Source: an uncultured Pelagibacteraceae bacterium
Lineage (GTDB): Bacteria > Pseudomonadota > Alphaproteobacteria > Pelagibacterales > Pelagibacteraceae
DNA length: 64,000 nucleotides
NCBI GenBank assembly: GCA_902567765.1
Contig: CACFNI010000001.1
Span: forward strand, 8,247 to 72,246
Direction: 5' to 3'
Below are positions 1-9,826 of the stretch, piece by piece. The translations under genes were made by a program, and so were the position numbers. Below the pieces are notes generated by a model that had not been told where the DNA came from, made no database searches, and saw nothing but the letters and a program-made list of their open reading frames with translations. Positions within the stretch are counted from its first letter, which is position 1. Each line of letters opens with the position of its first letter.

Positions 1-1322
1 ATACCACCAGCGTTATCTGTTACAGGACCATAAGCATCAAGAGCAACAACCATACCAGCTAAAGCCAACATTGTTGTTACTGCAATAGCAATACCAAAAA
101 GTCCCGCAATATAATTTGTTAATAAAATACCTGAAACAATTATTAAAGCAGGTATAGCTGTTGCCTCCAAAGATACAGCTAATCCTTGAATAACATTTGT
201 TCCATGACCTGTTGTAGATGAGCTAGCTACACTTTTAACTGGTCTGTAGCTTGTGCCTGTATAATATTCAGTTACCCAAATTATTAAGCCTGTTATTACT
301 AAACCAATTACCCCACAATAATATAAACTTTTACCATTAAAAGTTACGTCATTTACATTATATTGTGTTGAAAAACCTATTACATAATCTGTTAAAGGGT
401 ATAATAAAATTAAAGAAGATATTGCTGTAGCCACAAAACCTTTGTATAAAGCGGCCATAATATTTTTACTACTACCTAATCGAACAAAAAAGGTTCCTAG
501 TATAGAAGTTAAAATACATACACCACCAATAGTTAGTGGATAAACCATCATATTCATATCACCAATAAAAAATATTGATGATAAAACCATTGTTGCGACG
601 ATCGTTACAGCATAGGTTTCAAATAAATCAGCAGCCATACCAGCACAATCACCGACATTATCACCAACATTATCAGCTATTACAGCTGGATTCCTTGGAT
701 CATCTTCTGGTATTCCAGCTTCGACTTTGCCAACTAAGTCAGCTCCAACATCAGCACCCTTTGTAAATATACCACCACCTAATCGAGCAAAAATTGAAAT
801 TAAAGATGCACCAAAACCTAAGGCTACTAATGCATTAACAATTTCTCTTTCGTCAACATTGTTTTTAATTAAAATAAAATAGTAAACTGCGATTGATAAT
901 AAAGCTAAACCAGCAACTAGCATTCCTGTTACAGCTCCTGATTTAAATGCAACGGAAAGTCCACTTGCAAGTCCTTTTCTAGATGCTTCAGCCGTTCTAA
1001 CATTTGCTTGAACAGAAACTAACATTCCCACATAACCTGCAATTCCTGACAATGTTGCTCCAATTAAATAACCTAGACCAACCAGTATGCTAAAAGCATA
1101 ACTAATTATAATTAAAACAACAACACCAACAATACCAATAGTTTTGTATTGTCTGTTTAAATATGCCTTTGCTCCTATCTGGATAGCAGAAGCAATATCC
1201 TGCATTTTAGAATTACCAGCACTAGAATTTAAAATATGTTTACCAGTTAGGAAACCATAAATTATTGAAATAAAGCCCGCAGCTATTGTATAAAGTAAAA
1301 TTGTATCAATTGAAATGTCCAT
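1..1322 (-). CDS. hppA: Membrane-bound H+/Na+-translocating pyrophosphatase (5' part; runs off the left edge)
   Basis: Not in the ORF track; translated by hand from ATG at 1322: [16 protein letters not shown]...[22 protein letters not shown]...[56 protein letters not shown]...[14 protein letters not shown]. These are the diagnostic mPPase motifs. The residue that determines K+-dependence lies outside the window. Confidence 0.97.
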   Translation of the reverse strand, partial: MDISIDTILLYTIAAGFISIIYGFLTGKHILNSSAGNSKMQDIASAIQIGAKAYLNRQYKTIGIVGVVVLIIISYAFSILVGLGYLIGATLSGIAGYVGMLVSVQANVRTAEASRKGLASGLSVAFKSGAVTGMLVAGLALLSIAVYYFILIKNNVDEREIVNALVALGFGASLISIFARLGGGIFTKGADVGADLVGKVEAGIPEDDPRNPAVIADNVGDNVGDCAGMAADLFETYAVTIVATMVLSSIFFIGDMNMMVYPLTIGGVCILTSILGTFFVRLGSSKNIMAALYKGFVATAISSLILLYPLTDYVIGFSTQYNVNDVTFNGKSLYYCGVIGLVITGLIIWVTEYYTGTSYRPVKSVASSSTTGHGTNVIQGLAVSLEATAIPALIIVSGILLTNYIAGLFGIAIAVTTMLALAGMVVALDAYGPVTDNAGG

Positions 1323-1366
1323 AAGTATATTGTTGTTATTATTGTTTAAATTAATTTAAAGCCCGC

Positions 1367-1394
1367 ACAATACAAAAAAAGCTGTAAAAGGCAA
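1367..1394 (-). promoter_or_regulatory. Putative sigma70 promoter for hppA
   Basis: Minus strand reads TTGCCT-N16-TATTGT followed by GC-rich GCGGGC, in the 80-bp thiL-hppA gap. Confidence 0.4.
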
Positions 1395-1402
1395 TAAATA
1401 AC

Positions 1403-2365
1403 TTAGTCAAAAGTATGAAAATAACCTTTGTTTTTAAAGGAAATTTTTGATCCACTTTTACTTAAAACATTAGATTTACTGTTATTTTTTTTAATATAAC
1501 CAATTTTAGTAATTTTTATTTTTTTAAATTTTGAAATATTTTTTATTATATTTCTTTTATATTTAGGAGCTGTAAATAAAATTTCATAATCATCACCTTT
1601 CGAAATAACATTTTTTTTTATTATTTTTTTATTTTTAATTAATAAGGACAGGTTTTTTGAAATTGGGATATCATTTAAGAAAATATTGTATGATAATTTT
1701 TGATTATTTATTAATTTGTTTAAATCAGCAATTAGACCATCAGAAAGATCAATAGATGTGTTGGCAAATTTTTTGAGATTATTTGTCAGTGAATATTTAA
1801 TATCAGGTAAATAATATTTTTTTTTAAAATATTCGGATAAATGATTATTAAATTTAATTTTTTTTTTTAAAACTAATAAACCAATGTAACTATCACCAAG
1901 ATTACCAGTAACATATATATCATCATTTAATTTAGCATTATTTCTTGAAATTATGTTTTTTGAAAAACCTATAGTTGAAATTGAAAAACTTAATTTATTT
2001 GAATAGGTAGTATCACCACCTCCAATAAGTAATTTATATTTTTTTTGTTCTTCTTTTAATGACCTTCTTATTTTTTTAAGATTTAGGCTACTTAAGCTAT
2101 TTTTATTTCCAGATACAGAGACAAAATAATACTTTGGATAAACACCTTTACAAATTAAATCTGAAATTGATGATCTTAAAATTTTCTTTATAACTAATTC
2201 CGGCTTGTTAAAATTTAAAAAATGGGTACCCTCATTATAAGTATCAACTGAAATAATTAAATTATTTTTTTTATCAAAAAAAACATCATCACTTAAATTC
2301 AAGGATGGTGATTTTTTAAAAGTTAAAGGTTTCAAATATTTATTAATTAATTGGAATTCATGCAT
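1403..2365 (-). CDS. thiL: Thiamine-monophosphate kinase
   Basis: N-terminal EFQLI, DD, SDL, GGDT, VTGNLGDS, IDLSDGL and GDDYEILFT motifs; follows nusB. Confidence 0.93.
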   Translation of the reverse strand: MHEFQLINKYLKPLTFKKSPSLNLSDDVFFDKKNNLIISVDTYNEGTHFLNFNKPELVIKKILRSSISDLICKGVYPKYYFVSVSGNKNSLSSLNLKKIRRSLKEEQKKYKLLIGGGDTTYSNKLSFSISTIGFSKNIISRNNAKLNDDIYVTGNLGDSYIGLLVLKKKIKFNNHLSEYFKKKYYLPDIKYSLTNNLKKFANTSIDLSDGLIADLNKLINNQKLSYNIFLNDIPISKNLSLLIKNKKIIKKNVISKGDDYEILFTAPKYKRNIIKNISKFKKIKITKIGYIKKNNSKSNVLSKSGSKISFKNKGYFHTFD

Positions 2366-2762
2366 TGGAAACTCTTATTTCTTTAGAAATTTTATCTAAA
2401 ATTGCATTTAGGTACTTTGTTTGAGACTCAGACAGAAAAAAGTTAGATGCAACTAAATACTCCTTAATTATGACTTTTCTTGGAGTTCTTTCTTTATATA
2501 ACATTTCGAATATCGCTGATTGAATTATTACTTGGAAAACTTTATCTACTTTTCTTAAATTTAAATCTTTACTTAAATGTTTTTTTATCTCATCATCAAT
2601 GACTTCCTTTCTCTCAATAGAACCTTCTACTATATCTTTTATAAATTTTTTGAATCTATGCTTTGGAAATAAAATTTTTTCATCTTGGTTAAATATTTTT
2701 CCATACAATTTTTGGATAATAATTACTCGTGGATTATTCTTTGGATTATATGGAATTCTCAT
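2358..2762 (-). CDS. nusB: Transcription antitermination factor NusB
   Basis: IQSAIFEM, PRKVIIKEY, YLNAILDK; ribH-nusB-thiL synteny. Start moved to ATG 2762 to remove the long overlap with ribH. Confidence 0.9.
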   Translation of the reverse strand: MRIPYNPKNNPRVIIIQKLYGKIFNQDEKILFPKHRFKKFIKDIVEGSIERKEVIDDEIKKHLSKDLNLRKVDKVFQVIIQSAIFEMLYKERTPRKVIIKEYLVASNFFLSESQTKYLNAILDKISKEIRVSNA

Positions 2763-2766
2763 TTTT

Positions 2767-3150
2767 TTATTGAGATAAAATTGATAAAACAGCCTCAACT
2801 GCCTCTTTACCTTTAAATTTTCGTTTAACAGCTTGATTAAAATTTAAACAAGTAATAATTCCATTACCTACAGGTTTTTTATTATCAATTGAAATTTCCA
2901 TAATTGCATTTGTTGTTGCTGATGAAATAAAATCAAAATGAGGAGTTTGCCCTTTTATAACACAGCCCAAAGCTATAAAAGCATCAAATTTTCTTATATT
3001 TTTAGATATAGTAACTGGTATTTCAAAAACACCAGGAACTTTTATAATTTTAACTTTGAAATTCTTTGGAATTTTTTTTAAAGCACTATTCAAAAGTCCT
3101 TTTGTTATATCTTTGTAGTAATCTCCGGATACTATTAATATTTTTTTCAT
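2767..3150 (-). CDS. ribH: 6,7-dimethyl-8-ribityllumazine synthase
   Basis: VPGVFEIP and GCVIKGQTPHFDFIS motifs. Confidence 0.95.
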   Translation of the reverse strand: MKKILIVSGDYYKDITKGLLNSALKKIPKNFKVKIIKVPGVFEIPVTISKNIRKFDAFIALGCVIKGQTPHFDFISSATTNAIMEISIDNKKPVGNGIITCLNFNQAVKRKFKGKEAVEAVLSILSQ

Positions 3151-4253
3151 TTTATTATTTCTTGTTTTACAATTTTTATATCATAACCATCTAAACCAAC
3201 TACCTTTTTTGGAGATCTAGTAATTAAAATCATTTTTTTTATTTTAAGATCCTTTATTATTTGAGCACCTATACCATAATTTCTTATTAATTTATCATTT
3301 CCTTTTTTATAAAATTGTTTATTTTTATAATCTTTAAGTGTTTGAGTGACAGATTTTAAATTTGTATCTCTTATAAATACTAGAACACAATTATTATATC
3401 TTTTAAAATGTTTTAATGTTTTATCAAATGAATTTGGTATTTTTTGATTTATAAGATAATTGTGAACTACATTTGATGATATAACTCTTACTCTAGGAAT
3501 TGTGCTTTTTCTAATATTTCCCTTTATTAAGGCAAAATGTTCAGATCCGTCTAATAAGTTTTCATATATTTTAATTTTATACTTACTTTTTCTAAAAAAA
3601 ATTTCTGATTGTTTTTTTAACTTAACAAGTTTTTCTTTTTTTAATCTATAAGCTATCAAATCCTCTATTTTTGCAATTTTTAAGGCATGTTTTTTTGCAA
3701 AATTAAAAAGATCTTTACCTTTTGCCATAGATCCGTCCTCATTCATAATTTCACAAATAACTGCCGAATTATTTTTTTTTGCCAGTTTAGATATATCCAC
3801 AGACGCCTCTGTATGTCCTGCTCTAACTAGTACACCACCATCTTTTGCAATAATTGGAAAAACATGACCTGGTGAGATGATATCATTTTTATTTACTTTT
3901 TTTTTTGAAGCAACTTTAATTGTATGAGCTCTATCTTTCGCAGAAATACCTGTCGTAACTCCTTTTTTAGCTTCTATTGATACTGTAAAAGCAGTTTTTG
4001 GATTTCTTGATATATTGACTGATGACATCAAAGTAAGATTTAGCTTTTTAGCTTGACCACTATCCAAAGCCATGCAGATTAATCCTCTTCCGTATTTAGC
4101 CATAAAATTGATATTCTTTTGATTAGAATAGGATGTAGAAATAACTAAGTCACCTTCATTTTCCCTTTTTTCATCATCTACCAAAATAAACATTTTTCCT
4201 TTTTTGGTAAGCTGAATAACCTGTTCTATTGATGTGTATTTATTTTTTCTCAT
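3147..4253 (-). CDS. ribB: 3,4-dihydroxy-2-butanone 4-phosphate synthase fused to a degenerate GTP cyclohydrolase II-like domain (RibBX type)
   Basis: DDEKRENEGDL, TAFTVSIEA, TTGISAKDRA, PGHVFP and RAGHTEA are present; the C-terminal domain lacks the GCH II His/Cys motifs. Confidence 0.93.
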   Translation of the reverse strand: MRKNKYTSIEQVIQLTKKGKMFILVDDEKRENEGDLVISTSYSNQKNINFMAKYGRGLICMALDSGQAKKLNLTLMSSVNISRNPKTAFTVSIEAKKGVTTGISAKDRAHTIKVASKKKVNKNDIISPGHVFPIIAKDGGVLVRAGHTEASVDISKLAKKNNSAVICEIMNEDGSMAKGKDLFNFAKKHALKIAKIEDLIAYRLKKEKLVKLKKQSEIFFRKSKYKIKIYENLLDGSEHFALIKGNIRKSTIPRVRVISSNVVHNYLINQKIPNSFDKTLKHFKRYNNCVLVFIRDTNLKSVTQTLKDYKNKQFYKKGNDKLIRNYGIGAQIIKDLKIKKMILITRSPKKVVGLDGYDIKIVKQEIIK

Positions 4254-4833
4254 TAAAATAATTTTTAACGTATTTTGATAAGATATCTATCTCAATGTTA
4301 ACAAGATCATTTTTTTTTAAAATCGATAAATTTGTCATCATATATGTGTGTGGAATTACCCAAATTTGAAAACCTTTTTTTGTAATTTTTGAAATTGTGA
4401 GAGATATTCCATTGATACTTATTGATGCTTTTTCAACTAATTGCTTCCTATCTTTATTGGATACATAAAATTCAAATAAAAAAGATTTATCAATTTTTTT
4501 AATAAATGCTAGTTTTCCTACTGTATCAACATGTCCTTGGCAAATATGTCCAGAAATTTTTTGACCATATTTAAGTGGTGTTTCAAGATTTATCCTATCG
4601 TTAATTTTTATATTTTTAAATTTTGATCTATTCAAAGTCTCATTAGATAAATAAAATTCGAGATAATCATTTTTTACGGATATAAGAGTCAAACATACTC
4701 CATCGCAAGAGATTGATATACCGATATCTTTTCTTTTTAATTTAATTTTAGATTTTAAAAAAAGATTAATGCCTTTTGGTCTTTTAATTACTTTTTTAAT
4801 TACACCTCGTTCATATATAATTCCGTTAAACAT
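4240..4833 (-). CDS. ribE: Riboflavin synthase (alpha chain)
   Basis: MFNGII start, DGVCLT, GHICQGHVD, NGISLT and NIEIDILSKY. Confidence 0.95.
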   Translation of the reverse strand: MFNGIIYERGVIKKVIKRPKGINLFLKSKIKLKRKDIGISISCDGVCLTLISVKNDYLEFYLSNETLNRSKFKNIKINDRINLETPLKYGQKISGHICQGHVDTVGKLAFIKKIDKSFLFEFYVSNKDRKQLVEKASISINGISLTISKITKKGFQIWVIPHTYMMTNLSILKKNDLVNIEIDILSKYVKNYFNEKK

Positions 4834-4836
4834 GGT

Positions 4837-5937
4837 CTAGTAATAATGTAAAAGTTTATCTTTATCTAGATAAGTATTGACGATATTTCTATTTTTAAAC
4901 TTTATATTTAAAGTCCTTTTCACGTCCGAAATCTTTACTTTATTTTTATTTATTAATGATCTATTGCTCATAAATAGATAAAACTCGTTAAATAAATTTT
5001 TTGATAATAATCTGTTAATAAAAATTTTTCCTGATTCTATCAAAACTGAATGAATTCCAATATCGTAAATTTTTTTAAAAATTTTTTTTAAATCAAAATA
5101 ATTATCATTTTCAGTATTAAACTTTACTAATTTAATACCTCTTTTTTTTAAAAAATTTATTTTTTTTAAGTTTTTAGAGTTATGAAAAATGATAGTTTTT
5201 TGAAATTTTGATTTGAGCAAAACATAGGATTTTTGTTTAATCTTTAAATCTCGATCTATAATTATTCTAACTGGTGAAAAATTTTCAAGACCATCTATTC
5301 TACAAGTAAATTTTGGGTTATCATTATTTATTGTTTTGTATGTTGTTAATATGCCTTGATTTTCATATCTCAATAAATGGGACACTTTTCTTGAGTATTC
5401 ATTCGTTATATGTGTTTTATTTTTTAAAATGCTTAAATCTGAAGAGCATGCTAATTTACCAATAATATAAGGTCTATTATTTTTTTTAACATAATTATAA
5501 ATTTTATAAAATTTTCTTGTTTCTTTGCTTAATAAACCAGATTGAACAGATACCTTTCTAGATTTTAAAATTTTTTTTGATTTTTTATGACTTCTAAAAT
5601 CATTATCTTCTGTTGAATATATAACCTTTTTAATTTTTGATTTTATTATTGCTTTGGTACATGGTGGTGTTTTTCCATAATGAGAACATGGTTCAAGCGA
5701 AACATATAAAGTTGAACCTTTATTATTGTTCTTATTTCTATTTAAAGCTATTGTTTCAGCATGTGGTCTGCCATTAAAGTTTGTTGATCCAAATGCAACT
5801 ACTCTGTCATATTTTACTATAACACATCCAACAGAGGGATTTGTCCCAGTTAAATTTTTCTTATTCTTTGCTAGGTTAATAGCAAGGCTCATATAATAAT
5901 GATCTTTTTTGTTAAATTTATCTTTTTTTGTAGACAT
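4837..5937 (-). CDS. ribD: Bifunctional pyrimidine deaminase/reductase
   Basis: [13 protein letters not shown] and [13 protein letters not shown] deaminase motifs; reductase half is divergent. Start reassigned to ATG 5937. Confidence 0.92.
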   Translation of the reverse strand: MSTKKDKFNKKDHYYMSLAINLAKNKKNLTGTNPSVGCVIVKYDRVVAFGSTNFNGRPHAETIALNRNKNNNKGSTLYVSLEPCSHYGKTPPCTKAIIKSKIKKVIYSTEDNDFRSHKKSKKILKSRKVSVQSGLLSKETRKFYKIYNYVKKNNRPYIIGKLACSSDLSILKNKTHITNEYSRKVSHLLRYENQGILTTYKTINNDNPKFTCRIDGLENFSPVRIIIDRDLKIKQKSYVLLKSKFQKTIIFHNSKNLKKINFLKKRGIKLVKFNTENDNYFDLKKIFKKIYDIGIHSVLIESGKIFINRLLSKNLFNEFYLFMSNRSLINKNKVKISDVKRTLNIKFKNRNIVNTYLDKDKLLHYY

Positions 5938-6376
5938 CAATTTTGTCCACAAATTGTACAAAGTCTTTTTCTTCTCTGAAATTTCTATAAACTGATGCAA
6001 ATCTTACATATGCAACTGGGTCTAAGTCTTTCAATCTCTCCATCACCATTGTTCCTATGGTTGATGTTGTAATTTCGGCTTGTCCTAATTCTTCAAGTGA
6101 CCTCATTATGGAGCTAATAAACTTTTCAATAGTTTCAGTATCTATAGGTCTTTTTTTCATTGCTATATAAATTGATTTTGAAAGTTTGTCTCTATCTAAA
6201 GTAGATTTTCTTCCATTTTTTTTGATTACAAAAAGTTCTCTATATTGAACTCTCTCAAATGTAGTAAATCTTTCCCCGCAAGAACAAAGTCTTCTTCTTC
6301 TAATTGCTGTTCCATCCTCAGTTGGTCTAGAGTCAACAACTGAAGTCTCTCCTTTTTTCTCACATGGACAAATCAT
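5918..6376 (-). CDS. nrdR: Transcriptional repressor NrdR
   Basis: VVDSR...[18 protein letters not shown]-cone, [10 protein letters not shown]. Confidence 0.96.
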   Translation of the reverse strand: MICPCEKKGETSVVDSRPTEDGTAIRRRRLCSCGERFTTFERVQYRELFVIKKNGRKSTLDRDKLSKSIYIAMKKRPIDTETIEKFISSIMRSLEELGQAEITTSTIGTMVMERLKDLDPVAYVRFASVYRNFREEKDFVQFVDKIDVYKKR

Positions 6377-6378
6377 GT

Positions 6379-7689
6379 TTATCTTAAATGTTTATAAATT
6401 GGAAAATTTGAACATAAGCTAATAACTTCTTTTCTTACCTCATCTTCCGTCTTACTATTGTCCTCTGGATTATCCGATAAACCTTTAATTATTTTTGTTA
6501 TTAATTCACCAACTTTTTCAAATTCTTTTAGTCCAAATCCTCGTGTTGTTGCAGCCTGTGTTCCTAGTCTTATGCCTGATGTAACCATCGGACTTTCAGT
6601 GTCAAACGGTATTCCATTTTTATTACAAGTAATATTTGCACGCTCTAAACTTTCAGCTGCTATATTTCCTTTGACACCAAATGGACGTAAATCAACAAGC
6701 ATCAAATGAGAGTCTGTACCACCCGAATAAATCTTAAATCCATTATTTTTCAATGTTTCAGACAATATTTTAGCATTAGCAAGAACAGATTTAATGTAGT
6801 CTTTAAATTCTGGTTTCAGTGCCTCTAAAAATCCTGCAGCTTTTGCAGCAATTATATGCATTAAAGGTCCACCTTGATAACCAGGAAAAACTGCAGTATT
6901 AAATTTTTTTGCAAGATCTTCGTGGTTTGTTAATATAATTCCACCTCTAGCACTTCTAAAAACTTTATGTGTTGTTGAAGTTACGACATGAGCATGATCA
7001 CATGGATTAGGATAACCTTTTCCAGCGACCAAACCTGAGAAGTGGGCCATATCAACCATCAAATATGCGTTCACTTTATCAGCTATTTCTCTAAATCTTT
7101 TAAAATCTATAACTCTTGAATATGCACTTCCACCAGCAATTATAAGTTTTGGTTTATGCTCTAATGCAATTTTTTCAACATTATCATAGTTAATAAGTTC
7201 TGACTCCTTATCAACATCATAAGAAATCGCATTAAACCATTTTCCTGACATTGAAATTTTTAAACCGTGAGTTATGTGACCACCAGAATTTAAACTCATA
7301 CCCATAAATGTATCACCAGGTTTAAGTAAAGCCAAAAAAACTGCTCCGTTAGCTTGAGCACCTGAATGTGGTTGAGCATTTGCAAATTTGCAATCAAATA
7401 GTTTTTTCAATCTTTCAATTGCTAAATTTTCAGCAACATCAACATGATCACATCCATTATAATATCTTTTGCCAGGATATCCTTCAGCGTATTTATTTGT
7501 TAAAACTGAACCTTGCGCTTCTAAAACAGCCTGAGAAACAATATTCTCGGATGCTATCAATTCTATGTGTTCTTGTTGTCTTTTTAATTCATCACTTATA
7601 GCTTTGTATAATTCAGGATCAGTTTTTGATAGACTATCCTCAAAGAAACCTTTGTATTGATCATTTAAATATTTATTTTCACTAGACAT
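6379..7689 (-). CDS. glyA: Serine hydroxymethyltransferase
   Basis: [30 protein letters not shown] (PLP lysine), SGIRLGT. Confidence 0.99.
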   Translation of the reverse strand: MSSENKYLNDQYKGFFEDSLSKTDPELYKAISDELKRQQEHIELIASENIVSQAVLEAQGSVLTNKYAEGYPGKRYYNGCDHVDVAENLAIERLKKLFDCKFANAQPHSGAQANGAVFLALLKPGDTFMGMSLNSGGHITHGLKISMSGKWFNAISYDVDKESELINYDNVEKIALEHKPKLIIAGGSAYSRVIDFKRFREIADKVNAYLMVDMAHFSGLVAGKGYPNPCDHAHVVTSTTHKVFRSARGGIILTNHEDLAKKFNTAVFPGYQGGPLMHIIAAKAAGFLEALKPEFKDYIKSVLANAKILSETLKNNGFKIYSGGTDSHLMLVDLRPFGVKGNIAAESLERANITCNKNGIPFDTESPMVTSGIRLGTQAATTRGFGLKEFEKVGELITKIIKGLSDNPEDNSKTEDEVRKEVISLCSNFPIYKHLR

Positions 7690-7691
7690 AA

Positions 7692-8117
7692 TTATATCTT
7701 TTTTATTCTTCTTAAATGTCTTCCTCCATCAAATTTAGTATTTAAAAAAATTTTAGTTAGATTGAAAGCTTTTTTTTTACTAATCAATCTACTTCCTAAT
7801 GTAATGATATTTGCGTTATTATGCAATCTAGATAATTGCGTGTTTTTAACACTAAAGCATAGAGCAGCCCTTATATTTTTGGTTTTATTCGCTGCCATTG
7901 ACATTCCCATGCCTGAACCACATACAAGAATTCCAAAACTTCCTTTTTTAAGAGATACCACTTTTGATAATTTTTTTGCAAAATCTGGATAATCCACTGA
8001 ATTGTCATTTTTAGGTCCTAAATCAATAATTTTTAATTTTTTTGAAAATTTACTAATTAAGTATTTTTTCATGCTGTAACCGGCATGATCTGATGCAATA
8101 AAAATTTTCTTCAACAA
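7692..8117 (-). CDS. rpiB: Ribose-5-phosphate isomerase B
   Basis: ASDHAG, DYPD, CGSGMG, HNNAN and GGRHLRRI; TTG start. Confidence 0.95.
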   Translation of the reverse strand: MLKKIFIASDHAGYSMKKYLISKFSKKLKIIDLGPKNDNSVDYPDFAKKLSKVVSLKKGSFGILVCGSGMGMSMAANKTKNIRAALCFSVKNTQLSRLHNNANIITLGSRLISKKKAFNLTKIFLNTKFDGGRHLRRIKKI

Positions 8118-8136
8118 GAAATAATATAAACTAATT

Positions 8137-8760
8137 TTAATTAAATTTGTAGTCTAAAACACATGCTACCAAGTGAACTCTATTTTCTTCACCACCATTA
8201 AAAGCATTATGATATTTTAAATTATTAGTTACCCAAACTGATCCATCTGCAGGCATATGATGAGCAACCTTATCTATTACCATTATCGCTCCAGGATTTG
8301 TATAAATGGGAATATGTAATCTTGGTTCAGGATCTCTATGCCAACTTAATGTTGATCTAGGTTCTTTTAATAACAATCTCACTCTTCCTAATTTATATTT
8401 TTTTGATAATTCATCATAAACTTCTTTAAAATATGTATGTTCAAAATCTTTTACAAACTCAGTATATTTACTTTCATCAATCTCAACGTCTCTAGATACT
8501 TCAACACCAGTCGAGTCTGGCTTAGTCCAATATACGCCTCTAACTTTGTTTCCTTTAATTGAATCTGGGTCGCCAGGTATTTGGTTCAGTGATATACCTG
8601 CAAAATGAGGAATACCTAAACTTGTATCGAAACCTTTAATTTTTAAAATTTCATTACATGCGTTTTTAAGCTTATCTATATCAAAATGAATGTTTTGTTT
8701 TTGAAAATCACCCATAGCTTTGTTTACTTTTAGTTTGTTAATAGATGTAACGTTATTCAT
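8137..8760 (-). CDS. Uncharacterised Fe(II)/2-oxoglutarate dioxygenase, aspartyl/asparaginyl beta-hydroxylase-like
   Basis: WHRD (HxD), RLHIPI.TN, distal H in KYHNAFNGG.ENRVHLV including the putative 2OG-binding Arg. Confidence 0.8.
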   Translation of the reverse strand: MNNVTSINKLKVNKAMGDFQKQNIHFDIDKLKNACNEILKIKGFDTSLGIPHFAGISLNQIPGDPDSIKGNKVRGVYWTKPDSTGVEVSRDVEIDESKYTEFVKDFEHTYFKEVYDELSKKYKLGRVRLLLKEPRSTLSWHRDPEPRLHIPIYTNPGAIMVIDKVAHHMPADGSVWVTNNLKYHNAFNGGEENRVHLVACVLDYKFN

Positions 8761-8830
8761 GTGCCTAAATAAATACTTTATTTATGAATATAATACATAT
8801 AACTTTTGTCGCATATAAAAATAATTGAGA

Positions 8831-9823
8831 ATGATTATCACTGGAAAATATCCAAATTTAAGGCTTAGAAGAAATCGAAAAAGCGATTGGACTAGAAGGT
8901 TAGTTCAAGAAAACAATTTGTCAGTTAATGACCTCATACTTCCAATATTTGTTATTGATGGAAAAAATAAAAAAGAATCAATTAAAACAATGCCAGGTGT
9001 TTATAGATACAGTATTGATAAATTGCCTTTGATAATTGATAGAGCTGTAAAATCTAAAATACCTTTAGTTGCAATATTTCCATATACAAATTCAAAGTTA
9101 AAAAATAATTTTGGACATGAAGCATTAAATGAAAGCAATCTAGTTTGTAGAGCTATAAGATTAATTAAGAAAAAATATAAAAATAAAATTGGAATTATGT
9201 GTGATGTTGCCTTAGATCCTTATACATCACATGGTCATGATGGTTTATTATCAAAAGGAAAAATTTTAAATGATGAAACTGTAAATATATTAATTAAACA
9301 ATCATTGTTACAAGCTGAAATGGGGTGCGATGTAATAGCACCATCAGATATGATGGATGGAAGAATTGGAAAAATTAGAAAAGCATTAGATAAAAAAAAT
9401 TTTCAAGATGTTCAGATACTTTCGTATGCCGCAAAGTATGCGTCAAGTTTTTATGGTCCATTTAGAGACGCAGTAGGATCAAAAAATTTACTTAAAGGAG
9501 ATAAAAAAACTTATCAGATGGATTTTTCTAATAATCAAGAAGCATTAAGAGAAATAGCATTGGATATTAAAGAGGGAGCGGACATGGTAATGGTAAAACC
9601 TGGTATGCCCTATCTAGATATTATCAAATCGGTAAAAGAAAATTTTAAAATACCTGTTTTTGCTTATCAGGTGTCTGGAGAATACAGTTTAATTAAAAAC
9701 GGTATTAATAAAAAAATTATCAATGAAAATAGTATAATTGAATCTTTGATGTCATTTAAAAGAGCAGGAGCTTCTGCAATAGTAACTTATTTTGCTGATA
9801 AAATTGCAAATACATTGAGATAA
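8831..9823 (+). CDS. hemB: Porphobilinogen synthase (Zn-independent type)
   Basis: RLRRNR, DVALDPYTSHGHDG (no Zn Cys triad), APSDMMDGRI, FYGPFRDA, MVKPG; ATG at 8831. Confidence 0.98.
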   Translation: MIITGKYPNLRLRRNRKSDWTRRLVQENNLSVNDLILPIFVIDGKNKKESIKTMPGVYRYSIDKLPLIIDRAVKSKIPLVAIFPYTNSKLKNNFGHEALNESNLVCRAIRLIKKKYKNKIGIMCDVALDPYTSHGHDGLLSKGKILNDETVNILIKQSLLQAEMGCDVIAPSDMMDGRIGKIRKALDKKNFQDVQILSYAAKYASSFYGPFRDAVGSKNLLKGDKKTYQMDFSNNQEALREIALDIKEGADMVMVKPGMPYLDIIKSVKENFKIPVFAYQVSGEYSLIKNGINKKIINENSIIESLMSFKRAGASAIVTYFADKIANTLR

Positions 9824-9826
9824 GTG

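Noticed and set aside
575-766. 63-aa His/Gln-rich plus-strand ORF
   Set aside because: Antisense shadow of the conserved hppA coding region; the composition follows from the reverse-complement codons.
1345-1360. Perfect 16-bp palindrome TTTAAATTAATTTAAA upstream of hppA
   Set aside because: A/T-only and low complexity; plausible by chance in this base composition.
8831-9823. Zn-free HemB, Zn-free S14 and short-LID Adk as a special zinc-sparing system
   Set aside because: All three variants are common in Alphaproteobacteria and give no evidence of a coordinated system.
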